Positions 54,547 to 64,000 of a stretch of 64,000 nucleotides of DNA are shown here, in pieces. The DNA comes from Trichosphaerium sp. ATCC 40318 (Eukaryota > Protista > Tubulinea), in NCBI GenBank assembly GCA_038496445.1, contig JALMLS010000376.1:62001-126000 (forward strand). The letters run 5' to 3'. The position numbers were made by a program, and so were the translations under genes. Below the pieces are notes generated by a model that ran no database searches, was not told the DNA's origin, and was given only the letters and a program-made list of their open reading frames with translations. Each line of letters starts with the position of its first letter. Positions within the stretch are counted from its first letter, which is position 1.

Positions 54547-56504
54547 ATGTCAAACAAAGTTCAAACACGAACGGCGAAATTAGTCCTTTTTTTATGCTGT
54601 TCTTGTTTGTAGCCTCTGATGCAAGAAGCATTAGACAAAGCATTGGAGAACGATGACGTTACGGTTAGTCGCTAAGAGAGTTGTGAGCCTGACATTTTTT
54701 ACAGGCTCTATTTAATTTAATTGAGAGTGCATCAGACAATCTAACAAAGCATCGGGATGAAAAAGGTCGCACTTTGCTTTACAGAGCAATCAGTAATGAA
54801 AAACCACAAATAGCGCTTGCACTCCTCACAAAAACAAAAGGTGCATAATTGGAAGGCACCTCAAAGCAGTTTGAAGAGTGTTTATACTTACAACAATTCT
54901 TAAACCCCTGTAGTTGATATTGCAGCCACTGAGACATACGGAAACACTGTGCGCATACAATGGAAGCATAAACTTATTATTTTAGGTCTTACATGAGGTA
55001 AAACAGACAAAACGGATCAATACATTTTCCTAACCGTCTAGGCATCAAACAAAGGCTTGTTGGCAGTTGTAAACAAGATTCTGGAGCTAGGTACCCGGCA
55101 GAATTATGACCCGTACTAAAAAAGATTCAGGTGGAGACCCCAACGCGCATGAATTGCTCTTCAGGTATTTAAATCGATAATTACGCAACTGACTTTGTAA
55201 AATTACAGAGATACACCATTACACCAAGCTTGCGCACAAGGTCACGTTGAGGTTGTTGGTGCACTACTAGCAGCCAAAGGATCAATTAACGCAACAGCAA
55301 TAGAGGACTGGACACCTCTGGTGCGTTTACTTAAAAAATAAAATTGACATATTTGTAGCACCGCGCTGTGCGCTCTGGACATGTTGATGTTGTGGAGAAA
55401 CTCATTGAAAAAGGAGCAAATCTCAGTGCGCGTATTAACGCGCCATTCACAAAGTATCATAATTTGACACCAGTACGTGCCATGTGTCACATTTTAGTGT
55501 TATTCTCTGAATAGTTCGTCTACCGAACTTTTAAAACTAAAGCTTACACTTGTTTCTTTAGAAAGAGCTTGCCCAAACTATTGATCGAAATGATATTGCT
55601 GAAATCATAGGTAGCCACACAGGTCCTGAGATGAGATCCTCACAAACGCGAAAGATATCTGGAGCCCCTTCAGTTAGGAAAAAGAAGCGCAGTAGTGGAG
55701 AAGATGGAAGGCTAAGAGAGAGCAGGTAAATGTTGCGTCATGTCGTTAACTTTACTTGTGTTAATACAGTACTTTCAGGAAAACTGGAGAATCACCTCCA
55801 AAAGCGAGACGTCCAAGAACTACGGAGTATGTTCAAGTTAGTGATGAAAAAGTACGCTAGATTTAAATCAATGTGTTGACACTAACATTGATAAACTAGA
55901 CTGAGTACAAATTTTCCTTGAAAGATACTTCAGATACAACTAGTAGTAGCAAGAGATCGAGAAATGGTATCCGTGGTAATGCGCGTAAGTACAACTATGA
56001 TTTTTATCTGTTAATTAACCGTACGCAAAAGGTGTTGACGCTCAGCTTAACTTACTCAGAAAACGTTTGATACGTATTGAGTCTGGCCAAAAACAGTTTC
56101 AGAATCTTCCAGATAAGATAGCTACGATAGAGAAGGAACTACTTTCAAAATCCGAATTAACATCAAAAGATCCTTCAACAAGCAAACACGTGAAACATGA
56201 ACTTGAAAAATACAAAGAAGAACTTGAAGGTCACGAAGAACGTATTCAGGAGTTACTAAAATTAGTACGTCGTAAAACAGTACCACGTGTTTTGTGAAAA
56301 CATTTTCGAAGTTGTTTTTGGAGTCTTCTTGCGGTTGTTACTTTGTTTTCTGTTTCATGTTCTGATTGTATTATTTTTTAGATTGATTCACGGAAAGATG
56401 TGGAAGCAAGGTTGATGGGTCGTATACAGTATTTGGAATTTTTTATGAGTTTTATGCTTTTTATTTTTATAGCATTTGGGCTGTTTACTGGAGCTCGTTC
56501 TTGA
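54547..56504 (+). CDS. Ankyrin-repeat, coiled-coil, tail-anchored membrane protein
   Basis: GRTLLYRA, GNTVLHEA, DTPLHQACAQGHVEVV, WTPLHRAVRSGHVDVVEKLIEKGA; coiled coil; C-terminal hydrophobic FFMSFMLFIFIAFGLFTGARS. Confidence 0.8.
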
Positions 56505-56677
56505 CCTATTATTATTCCCTGTAAAATAAAATATGTGCATATTAATCTAAAACCTCGTGAGTACAACCTTTGAAGACATAAAACCAAGATAGGCACTTGC
56601 ACGATAAGTCTAATCTTAACAAAGTTTTTACTGTCTTTTTATTTTTTTTGGTTCCCTACAAATCGACTTTACTCTAT

Positions 56678-58051
56678 TTATGACTTTTTGGCTTTACGTG
56701 GAATGTAGTGACTATTAATAAGGTAACTCAATGCTTGTTTCTGTACAGATGTGGTTAGAAAAACTCTAAAATGATTACCCTTGCCTTGAATTTATTAAAC
56801 GCAAAGTCTGTATCGAATATGTCATTACTTGCAATTTGATAATCTCTCCAATTTCCCTCTAAAATATGCTGTTATGAAGACAACCCTTGCAAGGCTTTTC
56901 CGTACCAATAATACAACCTCCCTACAATACATTAGAACGTTATAAAATCATGTAGCTGTCATACTTGGTGAATAGGATTGCATGACGATCTCGTACTGTT
57001 ATCGTGCTCTTTTGCTGTTTGACCAAGGATTCCATGTGGTGGAGCTGCATTAGTAGGGATATAACGTGCCCTGAAGTTCTAAAGAAAGATATAGTACTTA
57101 GTATGTAACACGAAGTGTCAGAGGTACCCAGTAGGTTCCTACACCTCCTTTCTTTACTAGCTTGAAGTCTAGAAGCCATCTTCCTACTTCTAGTCGTGCT
57201 ACGTTCTTCTTAATCTACACGAGGCGGCTTAATACTACTAACCATGGTAACTTTTTTTACCTTGTAGAATTTTCCCATGTGATCCTAATCAGGTATTACT
57301 ATGAGTCACCAATCAAACTTTATACAATCGTACAGGCAACTTAGTTCCTGATTTTCTAAGTTTCAAAGGCTCCCCATTCATCATGATCTTGCCCTACGCT
57401 TTAAATTAATACTTGGGAGCTGTTTCATGTACTAACATCGCGAGGTAGTCGCAACTTCACGTGAGGTCCTAGAAGAATCCCAAACTCTTGAAAAAACCGT
57501 TAAAATGTTGAATACATCTTATGTACGTACCTCCCAACAATGTTCTCTTCTCTTTCCATCCAACGAATTTATTATTAACGTGAATGTGAGAATCGGAGAT
57601 TACAGCAAATACTTCATCCGGTTCACCAACAAAGTCGAAGCTGTCGCCATTAAAGCCTGTCTTCAAAAAAAAAAAAGGAGATTTTAGCAATAAACATAAA
57701 GATACTAACGCTTACAAAGTGAGGATCAAAACACGCAAATGCGGTTGACGCTAAATTAGACCTTGTCTTTTAATGAGTAAATGACGGACGTAATATAATA
57801 TTTTGCTCACCATGAATCGCTTGTTGAAATACATGCGGTTTCTGAACAATCACGTGCGTCGGCGTTTATTGGCTGCAAACCTACACATTTTTTATTAATA
57901 AAAACTATATAAACAGACCAGCGTCATGACATACCGTTGAGCATACTTGCGAAGCATACAATTACCTATATCTAATATTAAAGCTCAATACCGTCCATTG
58001 CGTAATTACCATAAAGAGGGCAGTCCCAGAGAAATACAACCGCAAATTCAT
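56678..58051 (-). CDS. Secreted protein with DPHF-type (VWD / Root_cap-like) domain
   Basis: Signal peptide MNLRLYFSGTALFMVIVCFASML; FDPHF|TGFNGDSFDFVGEPDEVFAVISD..VNNKF; PHGILGQT. Confidence 0.6.
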
Positions 58052-58260
58052 TATTTTATAGACGTTTATGTAAAATATGGCCAATATTTTCACTTGGTAA
58101 ACTGGTTGACTATCTTCGCTATTTGATAAAATGTGCGCATGCACTGGCTTTGAAAACCAATGTCTTCACATTTATTGCTCTCGTAGGAACTATCCTCATC
58201 ACAAGGAATCAAGGTATTGAAAGAAAACCACTCATTGAATAAGATGTAAAGCCAAACATT

Positions 58261-61200
58261 CTATTTTATTAAAAGGCTTCTAGCACGTGTAACAAATACA
58301 CTAAACTGTTCACTAAACTGATACCGTTGTTTGCTATTTAAGTTAAATGTGATACCTTGTACAAGGCTATTAAATGCAAAATTAAGTCTTTCTCGAACAT
58401 CCTGGCTAGCACTTTGAATAATAGAATTCGCCACCTTGTGGAAAAAGTCCTAAAACACAAAACCGAATGAGACATCTTGTAGACACTTAAGTGAAGAAGA
58501 TTTCATACCTTGTCTGTGCAAATAATTGTGTACAGAGTCTTTGATATTTGTAGAACAAGCCCAGTGCGTATAGGACCATTAATCATTGGTTGTAATAAAA
58601 ATGTGATGAATTGGCTAAGCATTGCTTTTTGATCTTTGTTTAAAGCAAACTTTCCTTCTAAAAACACCTTCAGTACATTTCAAATGCGTAGAAAAAGTTA
58701 TGTACGTTTCTGGTAACAGTTAAAGTCGTGAGTGGCTAGCATAGATAATGCATCGCAAGCATCTATAACAATCTTGTCATCCAGACTGTTGTGTTAAAGA
58801 TAAACACGTGCAATGGAAAAATATATTTAAAAAAAGATCAAAAGAGGATACTCTGTAATGCTGAATTGCAATGTCTTGAGTAAGTTTGAAAACATTGGCA
58901 AAGGCAACCTTAGCACTTGAATGGTATGAACCTCAAACATTGTAAATATAGTTTCATAGTACAACTGTTTTAGCTTCGGATACTACAAAAAAAACAATGT
59001 TAGTATATTTTTTTTTTTTGATTAATTTCTATCACGTGCTTGAAGCATTTCTGGTGTGACAAGTGGTAATAGAGCACGCAAACCAAAAAATACAACTTCA
59101 GGTGCTTTAGCATGGTCTTGGACAGATAAACGATCTAGAATCTTCAACAAAGCCTTCAAGTCAGAGTATACTTCATCTTCCTTATCCTTGTTGTTTAACT
59201 GACTCAATTGTTCTCTACCTGAATAAACACGTTAAATAACAACCCCTCAAGAATCAAATAACCATACCGAGACCAAGAGAGAAGTATTGCGAGAAAAGCT
59301 CCTTGCAAGCATCCATGTATATACCTTGATTGTTTGTAGATAGCAAGTCCATCGCACAGTAAGATATTTCACAAAATAGCACCTTAGATTGTGAATGAGT
59401 TCAAGGGTTTCAGGCATACACTAAAAACTTAACGTACAAGAACCGTGTTATATATTTTATGAGTCTTGTGGTAAGCACCGAATACAACAGTCCAAGGTCT
59501 CCAGAAACGAGTACAAAACTGATTTATAAAGTCCTGATTGAATCGTGTCACTGCTTTGAATATACCTCTAAATCGCTAAAACAAGATATGTTAGAGCAAC
59601 CAAAATGATGAAGAAGTTTCTCACCTCAAGCTGGACACACATTTGCATCTGCACATTTTGTGACATTTTGTTTGGGTTGTTGTAAAGAAGCTCAAACCCA
59701 GTCGCTACAGGAGCTACAACTTGATCAAAGTATGTTGAATCATCAATGGCTTCGTAGTTATATGGTATCAATACAAGAGCACGTACGAATTCCCTAAATA
59801 AGGACATTAGTTGGTTATTGCTGAACGAATATTGATGCAATTGTACCTTTCTATGCGTGGGAACTTTGCAAAATTAATCGCTTGTGATGTATGTGCGCGG
59901 AAAATATTGTTCCAAGGTTCAGATGTAGCAAGCATTTGGGTTGAGAACTGTGCAGTAGACAAGGAACATAATAAAAAGCATGCCTATAAATAATCAAAAA
60001 CGTGATCGTTGAAAACAACCGAACGTACTTGATACAGCACTTCTTCGTAGTTCTGGAAATTCTTAAAAGCATCCCATATATTCCATAGGCAAAAATCAAG
60101 ATAAACCTTTCCTTGATCACCTCGGTAAGGTTGAAAGAGTGATGGACTACACAGTGGTTAGTAGGGTGCGGAAAGTTTTTAGAGTGCTCCTACCTTATCC
60201 TTTTAGAAACTTTACGCATCAAATAAGCACTTGCCCATGAAGAAAAGAACCACAGTGTTACTGTAGTTGTACCAATTATCAATGGGTTATTTAGATTTTG
60301 TGGACGTAATGGCATATTATTTACAGTATTGATGCCGTGCAGAACACTTTTCATGAGATTTACCACTGGATCATTTTCCTAAGGAATACATAATTAATCT
60401 CAGAGTAGTCTTTAAATAAGGTTGTCTAAGTCCGTACACCGCCCCGTGAAGCTTGAATAGCTAAATCATTTATATCTAACGGTACTGCAGATCTGTTTCT
60501 ACCTTCAACAGCAGTTATCAAATTTGCCACTAACATCAACAGCCACTTCCAATCATTCCCGTATATTTTTCTCCAAGCTTCTATTTTTGTTTAGCAATAA
60601 TCGTAGATGTTTACCTATACACCTTTAAATGCTTACCTATGTTGTTACTGTTGCTGAGCTTGTAGACCAAGCTATTAACAAGTTTTGTAGTAAATTGAAT
60701 TGTTGAAGTGATACATTTTCTACCAATCACAGAAATAGATGAAAGCTCTTTATCATAATGTTCCTATACTTTTACCTTAGAAGGATGTTCTCCCATATTT
60801 GTACCAAAATAGTCTTACCATTTCAGTGACTTTAGCAGGTCTTTCATCAACGAATTGACCACTTATTTGCATCCTCATGCCAACATAATTTTCATAACTA
60901 AGCAAATCATCAGCATTGATGTACTGTGGTCTTTTTTAAGCGTTTTCAAGACACGCACATTGTGGCGTTGAGGGGTTTTAGATCAATCAATGTTTGCTTT
61001 TTCGATCTTGTAGCTAAAAGAATATGAGATGATTGACATAAATATTATTGATAAATTATTGTACCTATTAACTCCCAAGAATACACGAGGACATGTATTG
61101 TTTCTCTTAGACTCGAAATAACATCAAAGTTCTTTTCTCTAACTGCAGATGCAAGTAGGTTAAATCCACCAACAATAAAGTTAACATATCGTTGTAAAAA

Positions 61201-62881
61201 TAGGCATATTAGCTGTCGAAGCTGATTTGATTGACCTCTAAACCAATCCCAGTCTTTATGTGTAAAAAAGTTTGCAACAAGTCTCTCTAGAATTGTCGCT
61301 ATGCCTACCAACTCTGTATGAGAGGTCATTGGTCTTTTTATAGGTTAGTAGTTTACAATACAGTTAGTGGTGCGTACTTTGATATAATATCACACAAGGT
61401 TTGAAGAAGTGTCCCAAAATACTTTTCCTTTTTTGTCAATCGAGATCCAAAAAATATAGCACCTTGAAGAGACGCAAGCTGACCCAATCCTACAAAAATC
61501 TTAAGATTAACCAATCATAAAAATCTAGATTGATTACCTTCCCATACTAAAGATACCTGACGCTCGCTTTGGCTAAGTGCTAGCTCATACAACTAAACAA
61601 ATGTCAACTTTTCTGAAAGAAAAATGGTAAAAGGTAACTTACAAGCTTATAACATTGAATAACATCAGGTGAGTCTACCAAAAGCCCTGTCCATGAAATG
61701 GGCGGTCTCAAGCGTTTAGAGTCTGTAGCAAGAAATCCAAGAATTATATTCTACAAAAGAGGTCTAAGAAAAGAGATACATTGAAATACATGTACACTGC
61801 TTCCAAATTGCCAACATAGAACTTCTGTAACAAGTTTCAAGCTCATTTCGTATAGAGCCATGACTTCTGGTATCTGTCTTATTTTATTTTGTCCCTCAGA
61901 AATGAGTCTTTTTAATGTTGTAACACCATGAATGAAAACTTGCTTGAGCTCATTCGCCTTAGATGTTGTGTAAGCTAACCAATATTAACTATTGCACAGG
62001 TTTACCTCGAAATATCGATAGCAGTCTGTATGAAAGCCCAAAGGTAGTCCAATACTTGCACTCTATATAACTTTGTTACTACAAACAAAGAGGCTTCAAC
62101 TTACATGTGATGCCGTTGATAGCTCTTGTACAAGCCCAATACATAGCTCAATACCAATCGTTTTCTGTTGATAACATTAATAAATGTAACATTATCTTGC
62201 TAGTACCAATGCAATAGATTCATTTGCTACTAGCTCTTCAATTTTCTTCACCACAAGCTGTTGTTAAAGAGGTTAATCACAAGATTTTACAATGACAAAA
62301 CGCACTTGTTTAGTAGGTGACATTGGTTTGTTCTCCTCCTGTAGCCACCCTCTTTTGGCTAGTATTACAATCACGTGTATTGCTTTTGCGCGAACGTAAT
62401 GTGTGCTAATATATTTGTTACTTTGGTTGAGCACTAGATAGTGTTGTTCGGACCACTTTTTGTTGATGGCAAATTCTAGAACGAAATTTTGCAGCTGTGC
62501 TATTTCGTTTTTGTTTGTGGTTAGCCATTGACGCAGAGACGCTTCCTCTAGAGTGGAAAGAGCCACGAATTGGAGTGTTGGCAAGTCGCAAGCTTCTGGA
62601 TTTTAAATGGTCAGATTGATTTAGTTGACTAAAAAGATTATATCGGCGTACCTAAGATGTAACGGCTTACTGGTATGGCGTATTGAGACTGTTTAAACGA
62701 GAGTATAACCTAAAATGGTTTTAAAACCGCTGAGTGTCACTTCTTACCTCCTCTGCTTCCTTCGAGTGCGTTTGCTACGCTATGTCAGATGTTGTAACAA
62801 AATTTATACAGTTTAACGCACGCTGAATGCGCCACACGCTTTAGTTAGCGTTGGTAATACATTATCAATGATTGCTTGCAT
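58261..62881 (-). CDS. XPO4: Exportin-4
   Basis: ACGAF..KEAEE, QFVALSTLEEASLRQW, YVRAKAIHVIVILAKRGW, SIGLPLGFHTDC..FE, LRPPISW, LGQLASLQG, VVFFGL..L..EMLQYPKL. Confidence 0.85.
58786..58851 (-). other. Probable U12-type intron in exportin-4
   Basis: 5' site GTATCCTCTT; TATCTTTAAC close to the 3' CAG; phase 2. Confidence 0.6.
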
Positions 62882-62987
62882 CGAGTTGATGTGTTTCTAT
62901 TATAACTTAACGAAAAATGCCAATTGTACATTAAGTACTGAACAAAATGAACCTGTAACGCAACAGCTTGCTAGACATTCACCAACA

Positions 62988-64000
62988 ATGTGGAAGGCAT
63001 GCCGAAAACAAGAGAAGGACATTCGTGGGTTAATGAAAGACTTTCGTCGCAGGGCTGAACGCAAGAAGGAGCTACAGCGTGAAAAAGTACAACACAGTGT
63101 ATTACTTTACATATTTACAACATCTCAGCACAAGGACCCTCTACAAGCCCTACGTATAGCAGGTACGGCTATGACTATAACGTCAAACAGAAAAATGCAC
63201 AATAAAGAAGAAAGCGCCCAGAATTTGTACGTCAGTTAACAAATTATGAAATTTGTAACGATATCGTTAAGAATGGCTTGGAATGGAAATCAAGACATCC
63301 AAATAGACAGGTAACTACCATGACGTTTTTTATTTTCGCTGACACATTGCAGATTTGACGTTCGCGCTCTGACAGATTACATACCAGCGCCACGGTACGC
63401 AATCTGAGTTTCTTTTTGAAAAAAAATCCAATTGATCAAATTACAGGCCACATGCCATCCAAAGCCTCACTGAAGAAGAGCAACGCATAGAAAGCGAAGC
63501 CAACTATGAGCGCTATAGAAATATCATTGAAAATCTCAAAAATAAAAGTACAAGTCGCAAATTTCCAATAACTGTTCGTTGTCTAACGTCACCTCTTAGG
63601 GAACGAAGATGAAGCTCTGGGCAAAGCATCAATACGAATGCTTGATATTGATCAGTCAGCAACTTATCGAGATATTCAGAAACAAAAGCACTTTAACACA
63701 GCCAAGCAAGCGTATGATCAAGATAGAGATTAGCTTTTTTATTTCACTAACAACTTTTTGCAGGCACCAAGCAAAACATAAAAAACCAGCTGGTGAGGGC
63801 GCATACAGTGCAGTAGGTTTTTCTTATGATAAAGAAGAACCTGAAAATTCAGAACCTCGGGAATCAGTTCCTCCACCGCCACCACCTCCACCTGAGGTAA
63901 CATCCATTTGAACTCGATAATTTTTTGACACTCTGATAGGAAAAACCTCCTCCACCTCCAGTTGAAGTGGAAGACGAATATGATCGTGACGTAGAAAAAT
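62988..64000 (+). CDS. CLASRP: CLK4-associating SR protein / SWAP-family (DRY_EERY domain); runs off window end
   Basis: MWKACRKQEKDIRGLMKDFRRRAERK..DPLQALRIAG, IDRFDVRA, ANYERYR, AVGFSYD. Confidence 0.85.

Overview
This is eukaryotic nuclear DNA from a very compact, AT-rich (about 35% GC by eye), intron-dense protist genome. An amoebozoan source is inferred from gene content, not proven. The ORF track is fragmented because genes are cut by many short spliceosomal introns, mostly 35-60 nt. Splicing by hand with the standard genetic code gives about 29 genes, many head-to-head with only 57-165 bp between ATGs. Recognisable genes include USO1/p115, katanin p60, NAA80-like GNAT, COA3-like, gamma-carboxylase/HTTM, CCDC47, tousled-like kinase, SRP9, RAD6/UBE2A-like, PhyH, ACL4-like, Elongin A-like, PI3K, DCAF11, exportin-4 and CLASRP. 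Most notable observations: (1) a ~210-nt highly structured intergenic RNA candidate at 7730-7940 (-) with RNase P/MRP-like P4 pseudoknot geometry, plus three weaker structured leaders; (2) unusual domain fusions: Hsp90-type TPR-DCAF11, mitochondrial PaaI thioesterase-methyltransferase, EVH1-RhoGEF and a triple-PH PI3K; (3) unusual splicing: at least 11 GC-AG introns, two U12-type introns, and 9-13 nt microexons inside the PI3K catalytic loop; (4) strong CACGTG enrichment. I saw no tRNA, rRNA, CRISPR array or intact mobile element. All gene models are manual and unverified by RNA-seq.
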